From Fimbriosthenelais zetlandica (taxonomy: Eukaryota): DNA of 64,000 nt. The stretch's first letter is position 1, and each line of letters begins with the position of its first letter. Shown here piece after piece: positions 1 to 11,343 of the stretch. The notes beneath the pieces are model-generated. The model worked only from the letters and a program-made list of their open reading frames with translations, was not told where the DNA came from and made no database searches. The DNA lies in contig OZ365112.1 in assembly GCA_977030845.1 (NCBI GenBank), positions 21,018,001-21,082,000 on the forward strand. Reading direction: 5' to 3'. Made by a program: the position numbers and the translations under genes.

Positions 1-1371
1 AACAAGGGTTAGATGAGACAATGGGGACAAAGCTTTACTTGCTTAGACAGCAGCTTATAAATCTCTACCACATTACCAGAAATTCTCAATCATTTACACA
101 TAAGCAAAAGCATATATTTCAGCAGTCAAACAATTATTACATACATATGTAATAGCAAATATGATATTCGTTGGCATCAATTATTATTAATTATTTTACA
201 TTATAAAATATTACTTTAGAAGTTGTTGTTTTGATTAACACTAATATTTTTCATTATTCTTGCAAAAAAATATGTTGATTGCTTCTAAACTCTAATTACT
301 TAGGTATTGATTCATGTCTACAATAGTTATTTCTTTCGTAAACCCACTTTGTCACATTAGTGATCATCACCCATTGAGAATCAAAGCTAGAAAATTGCCA
401 AACTTAAGGAGAAAAGTGTAGGGGAAATTGCCAACAGAACATAATTTGCTAATAAACTGAAGCCATGCCAAGCCATGCAGTATCCAGAAGTTGATTAGGG
501 TTTTTGGGCGGTGCTAGGGTGGTGAATTCTGCCATTTTCACCTATGGAGCTCTAAGTGAAACACTGTGACTAATAATAAATAATAATACATTGGGTAATG
601 ACAATGAGAATCTACTGATTACATATATAACTAAATATTCTCTTTGTTATGTTCATTTTTCATGCATAAGAACACCTTTTTTCTCAGCAACTACAACACC
701 CTTTTTTCTCAGAAACAACTATGAGACACTGTACAGCTAGTCGATATACAGTAACTACTTTGTTATTTAGTTATTTCTTTAACATGGGGCGACTTCCATA
801 ACAATAATGGGACCCCACTGGGACTCTCCAGTGTACGGAGTACGGAAACTGTGCCGACACCTTTCTGTGAGAAGGTACCTGGGTCATCATTGGAATTATA
901 ATTAAGCAAGCGGCCCACAATGCTGTGTGGGAGAAACTTCGTCTACAATTACCAACTTCTGAGTGAACACTACCAGTAACAATGTATACGTCATTCCTTC
1001 TACAACTTCTGTTTTCTACAGTGCAAGGTGAAATCCAACAAGTGTAAAATGTGAACAATGCCGGTCTGACAGGTTATGTCCGTGTGTTTTAGATTACAAG
1101 CTGTGTTAACATGTGTCTGGGTGGGTGAGTGAGAGTAAGTGGGTGCGTCATTTGACTTCTGGCATCAATTGCTAAAGCGATGTGATCCAATGAGGAAGCA
1201 AGAGAACTACGCATCATGTCTTTCCTCTGCTCTTTGTGTTTCCACTGTGTGATGACTTAGACAAGCTAGAAGATGATCCCCTTAGCTTGTGCTCAACACT
1301 TTCTGCTGCTATCTACAGAAGTGCATGAAGACAGTGTGATAGGATAGAAGGCAATGTTGAGACAGACTTAC

Positions 1372-4300
1372 CTTCACGCTCCAGTGCTTCTGCAGGCGTC
1401 TGGGTTTCCTTGTTGTAAGCGACCAACTCTCTTGGCGCGATGTTAGTTTGCGTCACCTTCGATACCCCAAGACTGATTTTCTTAGCTCTGCAAATTGCCA
1501 AACGTTATATCAAATGATAATAGAATCTGAAGTTCCTAATACTTCTAAAATAATCATTTCAAATCAAATTAAAAGCAGCAGCCTACCTGGTCGTTGCAGC
1601 TTGTGTAGGGCCAGTTTCTTGTGGAGAGGCAATTGTCTCGGCACTGGCAGGAGTAGTCGAGGATGCCGTAGACTGTGGTGAAACTGGGAGAAAAAAGGTC
1701 CAAGTTATCATAAACAGGAATTAGAGAAACCTGGTTTATTGACGGTTTTAGCCTTAGACGTGTATCGTAATTACTTGATTCAGAGTATCAATCCGATCTT
1801 TTATTTAAATCAAACTTTTATATAAATAGAAACTATCCTTTATGCCTACCAGCTGGGGGGATGCCAAGGTCCTGAAGCATCTTGTCAGTCTCCGAACGGA
1901 GATCGCTGGGTCGGGTAACGACATCCTCCTACGATCAAAAACAACATGTTCTCATCCAGATCCACAGAGTGCTTTAATTAATTAACTTGGCACAATCAAG
2001 ACGTGTTAGTGATTTGAAATTCAAATCAATTGGCTGTGCTCAATAATTAGTTAACTTGGCTTTTCAAGTGCAATAGGAAGAGACACCTACATTTACCTCC
2101 ACAATATAAGTTCATAAGTCATCGAGACATACAGGCTAATAAAAAAACGAGGTGCACATGTAGTTCACTCCATATCTTATATATACAAAAGATGCGGAAG
2201 AGTAAAATCATCTATTAATACTAAAATGGTTTTGCATATAAAAATCGGTTTTTAACGTTTCAACCCACGTCAATAAGAAGTGATTCCATGCAGTGAGTTA
2301 CAGAGGAGGTAAGAATAAATATTTACAATTTTAGATTTTAAATTCACCAAAGCATGAGGTTACCATGATTAAATACATGCTTCTACAGGCTTTTGTACAG
2401 GGGAATGTAATAACTCTGCAGCCTCGCTACAAAATGAACGTAGCCAAATTAAGGAGGCTAAGTTGGGGCTTAAACTCAAAGCTACACTGACCTATGTATT
2501 TGAGGAAGCGTTACAATTTCAATGGGGTTAAGTATTGAAAGTATGGAAAAATAAACACAAAATCAAAGGATTTTAAAACTTCCACATTGAGAATATTTTC
2601 TGAAATATGCTACGTTTATGGTTAATTACCCATAACAAGGGAGGAAACCTGGCGATTCCAAAAATATAAGATTTTTAATTATTATTAAATCCTTCATTCA
2701 ATAATTGTGTCTTCAGAGCTTGGCCAACCCCTGACCAAATATTTTACCTCATAATTATAATTCATATTGATATAATGTGACAATTTCTGCAGTTTTTTTT
2801 AAGTCTTTCCCTTTCATGCATTATAGACATGAATCCTACACTATAATAGTCTATGTGTCATATGCCTACCTTTACAAGGATGTGCACAGTACACAGTACA
2901 AGTGAAAGGTGAGAAATAAAAGACCTATTAACCTTGACAAACTGAAATATTTATAAATACTGAATAGTATTTTTAACAAGGATGGAATACAAAATTATCA
3001 ACATGCAGTAACTAAAGCAGAAAATTAATTAATATCTATATATACAACTTCTTGCTATCAAATCAAAGTAATAAATTCCCAACTCCCTTTGAATCTACCG
3101 GTACATAAGTTTAAGTTTAAAAAAATAAAGGAATAAATTATTTTATCATGATCAATTATCGGAGATCACTAAGCTTAATCACTCGATATAAAAATGTATG
3201 ATTCTAGATGAGTGTTCTAATTACAGTTATATCTCATTATTTGCTTACTAACTTTATGCACATTTAGTTTATGTAAAATTGCATATTTAAATAGTTAAGC
3301 ATCTTACATTTGATATAGTAGGTTCAATATGTTCCGTGTGGTGTAACCAAACAAAAGAGTTGTATATAATGTGCATGTGTCAATAAAAGGTGACCCTTTG
3401 CTCAGTAAAAGTAAGGCTGTATCTGAGTGAATGTGCGACAAATATCTGCAATAAGATACTGCGATCTCAGCAGCAACACAAGGATAAAAATATTGCACAC
3501 GACAGAAGCTGGACAAGAGGGAGAGCTTTATCTTCTCTTACCTTCCCAATTTTAAGTCCAAAATTTCTAGAGAAATCCTGGAGTTGCGAGGGTCTCTCGC
3601 CCTCCTAGAAAATAGAGGAATTTAAGCATTTTTCCATACTCTAAATTTCTATTGAGTGCAACTTATGAGCGGAAGGGCATAAAGAAAAGTATGGCTTGAA
3701 ATTAGTTGGATGGAAAAAGCTGACATTTGAGATGGGTGAAAATAAAGAATATATGTAATGTCTGTCATAAAGGTAACCATCACTTGACAATTGAGTTTCT
3801 GAGGGTATACGGTCCCGGTAGTTATAATAAAAATATAATCTGTCAATATAGGCAATTACAAAATCCATCTAGGAGCAATGTTAACCATCCGTGTCTGGGT
3901 GGGGTGTGTACAGTTTGGGTGTGACTTTATATCTCAATTTGATTCTGTACCGGTCGCTTTATAATACTAATAAATCAATACATAAAAGATATTGTGGGTA
4001 TTGGAGTGCCTCAGGAGACGACTTTAGTTCAAGCACAGTTGTACTTGACATGGAATCTGTGTTTAAATCATCATTTTATGTTTACTGGATTCTTGTATAT
4101 ATTAAAACTACCTTATGAGAGGAAAAACCTGAAATTTCTTTTTAATTATATCTTCAAAAGTGTCAATTCCTTCCCACATAAAAATAAATGATAAAAACCA
4201 TCCTCAATACATGAACAAACGTTAAAGTCTCCAACAGGTCATGATATAAGTAAACCAGGACACGCGATTAAAACATAGTAAGGTTAATTGGTAACAAATG

Positions 4301-6712
4301 ATGGACATGTTGGGACTTGACAATGACAATGCACGGTTACAGTCATGGCAGAGGCTCTGTGAATGATGGTACAAATGTATTTGTAAATACCATTATTTAT
4401 CACTTAAATCTCCCCTTCACAATTCAACATTTTGATGATACATTTTCCTCATGATCTATAGAAATCCATCTAATTTCTTGTGGCATGATCAATGTACAAT
4501 TCTTCACAGGGCCTAAGACATTTTCATGCATTAAATAAGACCGAGGGGTAAGACGTATCCTTAGCAAAATATATCAGTCACATTATAATTGCAGGAGACA
4601 CACCATCTCTTATCAGATGCACACATGCCATGGTTAAACGTTAATAACCAGCCAAGATCTGCATAGAAGAGGCCATTCATGCAAGCAGGTGCCTCATGAA
4701 CCAGCTTCATAATATGAATTCCAGGAATCAGAATAGTATAACGCTCATCTTAGCACATTGTAAATGGACACTGGACTTTACTCTTTAGTGTAAGCAGTAG
4801 CATTTATCATATTAATTTGATTTCACTCTGTTAAATTAAGGCAGGGGGAAGAATATCTCTTGTAATATCTCCAAATAATTGGAAGGATTTCATTAACCCA
4901 TTACAGCATGTGTATTAGCCTTATTAGTTTTTTTGTATTTAAAAAAATAATCAATACACTGAAGAAAAATGTGAAAAAAATAGGGATATAAACCACCACC
5001 TTCTGACTTATTTACCTGGTTTGCAGCTTTTCCAGCCTGAAAAGTTATTCAAGACAGTGTGAAACAACTGAATATTACAAACCAGTTGTTAGGCCAAGAC
5101 AAGAACTCCGAAAGGAGTACCGGTAATTCTCTTTACAATCCCTACTTGATCCTTGCTGCATTCCTTTGGAACAGGTCAACTACGGTACCTGTGACGGCTA
5201 TCTATAAGTACGGTACCACTACCACTACCGGTAGGCCTACTTACTTTCTTCACCTTGTAATATTTTATACCAATAACCGACATGCTTTACATTGTAAAGG
5301 TAGAGACTACTATGACAATGAAATGAGATAGTTACGGTAACTTACATTTACACTGGTTGGAACCGAAGAAATTACCACAATTACTAAAGTGGCCTAAATA
5401 CACTAATACTAGGCCTACGGCCCCTACTGCCTAAAACCGGCATAGAATTTAATTCGTTAAATTATATCTATATTGATTGAATCAATCGTGTCACTCACTC
5501 AGTTGTACTAATTTTCGATCAATAACCAGCTGTGCCAGCCAAAATAATGCCTACGTTTACAGACATATTTACACAGATGTAGGCCTAAATGTTTAGGCCT
5601 AAGCAGGTGTTCAGGCTTGAGGTGATTCAACACCACATTATTTAGGCTACCAAGTACCATACCGGTACTACAGTTAACTCACTCACGAATAGTACCTTAT
5701 GATTTGATTTTAACTCTTTTTTTTATCTTAAACAATTGACAGAATGATCCTGCTATTATCTGCAAATTATTATAGCTGCAATCTGTGTCCCTGAATCTGA
5801 TGGCTGTCAATTATTATGGTAGGCATAGGCCTAATTATCCTAATTCTTTGGCTGTCCTACATTTTTATTCATTAATCATTTTAGAATTACCGTACCGGTA
5901 CCGGTACTTTAGAGTCTAGGGAATAATCTTATCTAGGCCTAAATGCCCTAATGATGGTAGGCCTACCGGTAGGCCTACAATACACAAACAATTTTACACA
6001 CCATATTGACACTGGGTAGAGTTGACCCAATGGTTCCATACACTAGCCATTAACAGTGTGAGAGAGAAGACTTGTATTTAAACCATCTGACTTCCTATTG
6101 ATGTTTTAGATTTGTCATAGTCTGATATAGGTATCACCAGGCATGACATCATCGTTCTGCAGCAATGGGGCCACCATTATAAACATGACAGACAGGCAAA
6201 CCCTGCTGTCAGGCGTTAATCTATCCATCCTCACCTATCTCAAAACACTTCACACCATCTTGTCGTATACACTTACCGATGTTTGGTGGCATTAACAGTG
6301 ATTAAGACTACCAGAATTGTTAAGAAACTCTAATTTAAAGCATTATTTGATTAAAAACCACAGGGGTAGTCTGCATTATTAATGCAACTGACATTTCCCT
6401 ACCCTCGTTCAGGGCCTCTAGGCCACCGGCAAACATATTCTACATTTATACAATATGTAACACCAAATTATCAACAGAAATGTAACATGGGGGGGATAAT
6501 AACAATATGCAACTATTAGGGCATCCACCACAGACAGGAAATTAAAAGTTCCACGCTGGCATATTTAGATTCCAACTGTCAAGTTCTGGCAGTAAAATAA
6601 TAGAAACACTCACCTCGCGTCGTCGTCGGTCCTCCTCCTTCCTCTTCTTCTCCTCGCGCATGGCCTGAAGTCTGGCCTTCTTGCGCTCTAATTCTGCTTT
6701 CCTGTCACTCAT
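1372..6712 (-). CDS. DYNC1I: Cytoplasmic dynein-1 intermediate chain, 5' portion (gene continues beyond the left edge)
   Basis: Hand-spliced exons (minus strand, GT-AG, phases consistent): 6712-6614 MSDRKAELERKKARLQAMREEKKRKEEDRRRRE (classic DIC N-terminal p150/NudE-binding helix); candidate cassettes 5036-5016 (AGKAANQ) and 3604-3542 (EGERPSQLQDFSRNFGLKIGK); 1928-1850 EDVVTRPSDLRSETDKMLQDLGIPPA; 1683-1587 Ser/Thr/Pro-rich; 1487-1372 RAKKISLGVSKVTQTNIAPRELVAYNKETQTP, containing the Tctex-binding region and the LC8-binding KETQTP motif. WD40 exons not found in the window. Confidence 0.93.
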
Positions 6713-6834
6713 AGTGCTTCGATAAAATCGCCACGGAAACGAAACGTGAAAAAGAAAAGGCGTAAAGGGTGAATTTTCGCTCAGTGTTTCCCCTGTCTTC
6801 CCATGTCGGAAATCAATATGGTTAATGATACGAG

Positions 6835-6920
6835 TGGCGCCCTCTACGGCAAGTGGCTGAAGCTGTAGACTGTAGTGCGGCGTGTTGGTGAGAGAGGGCG
6901 CGCGTGTTCCTACTTCCGGT
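6835..6920 (-). promoter_or_regulatory. Dynein IC proximal promoter region: CTCF-like motif and Ets motif
   Basis: About 120-210 bp upstream of the ATG, in a CpG-rich patch: minus-strand GCCGTAGAGGGCGCCAC (partial CTCF consensus, 6835-6851) and ACTTCCGGT (Ets/GABP consensus, 6912-6920). TSS not mapped. Confidence 0.5.
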
Positions 6921-7222
6921 ATCTACAGAGATTTCCCGCCACAGAAGAACCCTACTTTCCAGTTTCCTTCAGGAAACTTTGATCTCCCCGCACAACGTGC
7001 CACCAAAGTCGTTCCATGAATGCAGAAGAGGGCAATATCTCAATTTCATGATATAGGCTCAGAACACAGAGGACAATTGTTCTCAATGAAATGGCAGGGG
7101 TGCAGTAGCCTAGATCATAAGCTAGTAGGCATAGGCCTATAGGCCCAGTCCATTATCTTATGGCCTAGCCTATAGACATAGACATTTAAAATCTGATGTC
7201 TCAATTTTAACAGATGGTTCAA

Positions 7223-7288
<66 letters not shown>
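7223..7288. repeat. (TAG)22 microsatellite
   Basis: 66 nt of uninterrupted TAG repeats, read directly. Confidence 0.98.
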
Positions 7289-10204
7289 CTATAGGCTACT
7301 CCTTAAGCTAGAGTAGACCGATATAATGTGTGTTTTACTGTAGGCTAGGCTAATATAAGTGTGATAAATCAAGCTACGGCTACGGGATCATCGACATGTG
7401 GTTTTTATCGCGGGATGTGAGGGACGTTTATAAGGAAACGATTGTCTCCTTCCTTCACCATCGACAATCAATATGCAAGCCAACAAAAGAGATATGCAAA
7501 CCACGACATAAAGGAGGTGCCGAACTACCGTTAATTGCCGCGGGCAACACGATTGACACCCGATATATCATAGTCTTGTCGATCTAACTCTGGTCATTTG
7601 GTATACTCGGACCACCTCCGATATTTGTTTAAATACGATTTATGTGCATTCCGGATTTGTGTGATTTAAAACGGGGAATATTTGGTGACATTATAACATT
7701 TCAAGAATGTTGCTAAATCCCATTTTCGCAACGATTTACCACTTATATACCGGTGCATTGTATTTCGATGTTTATAGGCCTAAATGGCGTTTGACTATTC
7801 TATTGGATCGTTGGTAATTTACGTCAATAATAAAATGTCACACACATCAATCAAATATCAAACCAACAAAAAAACCTCATCATAATAATACATGCAACCG
7901 CCCCTGATGAAGCTTCATTTAAGCCGCAATATTATATTATTGGTGAGAAAATTACCCTGACAAGATTCATGATTACTGAAAGAGGTCCTTCTCATGGTGT
8001 TTAAACCTCCATGGGCGACCGTCATTAATCACACCTTATACTAATACATTCACAACTATTTCTGAACGTAAAAGCCGACGAAAATACTGCGCTTTGATTA
8101 TCAATTATCATCCTATTTTCATGAATTATAATTTCCCGTTCCCGTTTTGATGTGACATGCATGGGCCTATATATGATCATTGGACGTGGGTTTATGGATA
8201 AAATAATACCAGAAATATTTACAATCATGGGATCACGCCATTTATTTTGGAAACCCAATACCATTGAATCATACATGAAGACAATATCTTCGTGAGAATT
8301 ATGTCGTCTTTCTTTTTAGTCTCTGACCCAAATGTCATGTGGCCAGGGTGCCCTGTCTCATCATCACTCGCATCTAAACATAAAAATTGCAACCGTGTGC
8401 ACATTGTTGAAAAGCCATAAAACCAGAAAATTTAGATTTTCTCGTTTCAAAATGTATGATTAACTGGCAGATGTCAGTCCCCTGTATGTAATCCCATTGA
8501 CATATGAGGCATTTGTTGTCGGGAATAATCTGGGTAAACAGTACTCAGAACTGTAAAATGATCAATCAAAAGCTGTAGGCTGATTCACGTTCTCAATGAC
8601 CTTTAAAGATCATAAAATTCAGGTTAATAAGACGATAATTATATGGGTATAGCGCGCGGGGCATGCCCTTCCGATCAGCCTGCTCAGATTTTGTGGAAAT
8701 CTGAGCGAGCCCTGAGGAGATCATGTATAGAGGAAGCAATTAGATTGGACTCATCTCAATGTCTTTAAGCAGCATTCATGATTAATTTGATTTTGCATGA
8801 TGTAAGTGATGATTCCGGTAAATGATCCCCAAAGACCTTATCACATCATATATGTAAATGTTATAAGGCAAAATGAAAAATTAAATCCATAATACATGTA
8901 TAAGTAATCAAGTCATAGAGCTCATTGTAATTATATTGTAGCTGTGACTAAAATGCATGTAGTGAGGCATTTCATCGTGTTTTTGGGTGATAATCACTAT
9001 CAGACTGGCGTCAAACTGCGGTCAGACCCGTTAATCATGGCTCTCATGACAGCTATATGGTATCACTCCAGAAATATTATTGATGATAAATGATTAATGG
9101 TGGTTGTCATTCGTTTTACGAAACAAAATAAGCTCTTAAAATCATGATGAGAGAGCCATGAGTAGAAAAGTATCACTGATGATTATGATTATATATTGGG
9201 TTATCCAACAGGGTTCGAACCCCACCCACAACCCCACCCAACACTTCCCTTAAACCTTTCTACCTTTTCTATGCCAGCCCTATAACCAGTCATTCTCGCT
9301 CCCTTCATCCCTCTCCCCTCTGATCTGATTGTGAACAGTTGATAGCACTAACACTAACAACATATGACTGTGGTGAGAAAGGAGGGGGTTACATGTTATA
9401 AGTATTGACATCACGACTGGGAAATTATGATTTAAAGCTGCCTTATCCTAGGCAGTATAGACAGTTTCTTTCCTACGGCTTTGTATTGTAATATCATTCA
9501 TATATGTATAGTATTATTACAACAATAATAGCAAAAAGTATTTATGGGGCCGAAAAAAACACAATAAGCTTAAAGGTTATATGTACACACATGACTAGTT
9601 AAAACGCAGCTTTGAACTATACCAATGGGATATTGGGAAAAGTCGATTCGTCATCTAAAATGTCCATCAATCAAGGAAGAGGGATGAATTTACGACTTTA
9701 TAATCTATGCATTTTTACCTTTTGTTTCTGACCCACGAAGGACTAACAAGGATGTGAGAATGTAATACCTTGTGATGGACCGCCTGTTTCATTCATCCCA
9801 TTAACATCGAGTGTCAGTTAAGATACATACAGTATCTTCGGAAGCTCCTGTCATTGTTTATGCCTGAACTTAATTAATTAGCTATATTTCTAATAAAATT
9901 ATGAATAACAATATTTATGGCAGATAATACCATATGTGGTCTCGCACTGGAAAACTTTTGCTATATAGAACAATATATGGGGACAAAATTTCTACTTGGC
10001 TTTTCTACTTGTAAGCTAAAGTGTTATTGGGTTTCAAGGAAATTTGAAGCTTTGGTCATGTGGAAACTGGCCACATGCATGACATGTTAATGAAGTGTTG
10101 GCTACCCAACCGTCCTGCTTCTCTATCTAAAAGTAAAATTATTAGATTTATGATGGGAAGATATCAGAAAGAAAATGTAGATCTATGTAGCTTACAATAG
10201 AATG

Positions 10205-10470
10205 GTTGTCGGTTCGAACCGCGGCTGGGTCAAACCAAAGACTGAAAAAATTGGAACGAGTGGCTCTCTCGCTTGGCACTCAGCAATAAGCGGACAACAC
10301 TAGGACTGGTCGGCCTGGTGTCAGAATTATGTGACTGGGTGAGGTATCATTTCGTAGGCACATATGGCAAGAGGCATCACTGTACAAGAGAGCATAGGGT
10401 TCACTATCACAAGTAGGCACCCTCATGATATTAAAATTGTTAAAAGTGACGTTAAACAACCATACAATAC
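10205..10470 (+). mobile_element. 5'-truncated tRNA-derived SINE
   Basis: Pol III B-box GGTTCGAACC at the 5' end followed by GGGTCAAACCAAAGACT, a central ...GGACTGGTCGGCCTGGTGTCAG...ATGTGACTGGGTG... core and a 3' end ...TTGTTAAAAGTGACGTTAAACAACCATACAATAC with a short tandem tail. This resembles the organisation of mollusc/lophotrochozoan SINEs as I recall them; not searched. Confidence 0.7.
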
Positions 10471-11189
10471 ATTACTGTAGTTCACAGGTTCATTGTCTTG
10501 ATTAGAATTCACACCTGGTGAGTTTTCTACCACGTTTAGTTATCCTTTTTAGAAAAGCAAAAAAGGGGAAAAAATTACCCCATTGTATGCAAGTTATTAG
10601 TAGAAATGCAACAAAGCATGTCGATTCGCTAACACCTTGAACCTGTCATCTGCGTAAAATTTGTTTACTTTCAAACAATGATTGCTTTGCATCTTAGAAT
10701 GTTGTAGTTGATCTTTTTTTACCCTCTGGGAAAACAAAGTGACATGATTAATCCATATCACGTGTTCATTGACATCAGAGTGATTGACTTAACCTGGTGT
10801 ACAGGTGTCTGCATGGATAGTGTCCCGTGAAATAATGCCCCATGACAATTGACCATATCCCATAATGGTCATGATTTTTTCCCGCAATTGACAGATTTTG
10901 TTATAAATGAATTTGATGAAATTAATACTTTAATCCGCTGACCACCCCAGAAACACACGTGACCCATGTCATTTCAGTTTTATCCAGGGTAGAAATCAAA
11001 TCAAAGCCTTAGAGCAACATGGAAAACATTAATTTCTGGCTCATCTTTGCATAAATTAATATATGGACACCTCAATAGGAGGGCATAATTTGATGGGAGA
11101 CCATCACTCTTTAGTATGTACCATAGCAGACAATAGCCACACCTGTGAACGGCCCAGGCATCCCCCTCCTGGTCCAGTGGTTGGAAGGA

Positions 11190-11196
11190 TATAAAA
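11190..11196 (+). promoter_or_regulatory. TATA box of the Gly/His-rich secreted protein gene
   Basis: TATAAAA about 150 nt upstream of ATG 11344. Confidence 0.6.
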
Positions 11197-11343
11197 CGTA
11201 GCCTGTATCGGTCTACAGCCAGTCTCCAACCATCCACCTCCAGGACACCACTGGACCCAAGAGGATTACAGACGGTGACTGAAAGCTAAGCCAGAGGTGT
11301 CTCACCTCTTGTAAGATAGAAGAAGGAGGAAAGAACGTGAAGC

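Noticed and set aside
771-1058. 95-aa minus-strand ORF as a further dynein IC exon
   Set aside because: No resemblance to DIC sequence, and no acceptor/donor pair giving a phase-1 open exon was found in 1-1371.
9205-9240. GGTTCGAACCCC as a tRNA gene (also GGTTCGATC near 30103)
   Set aside because: Only a B-box-like word; no A-box, acceptor stem or cloverleaf.
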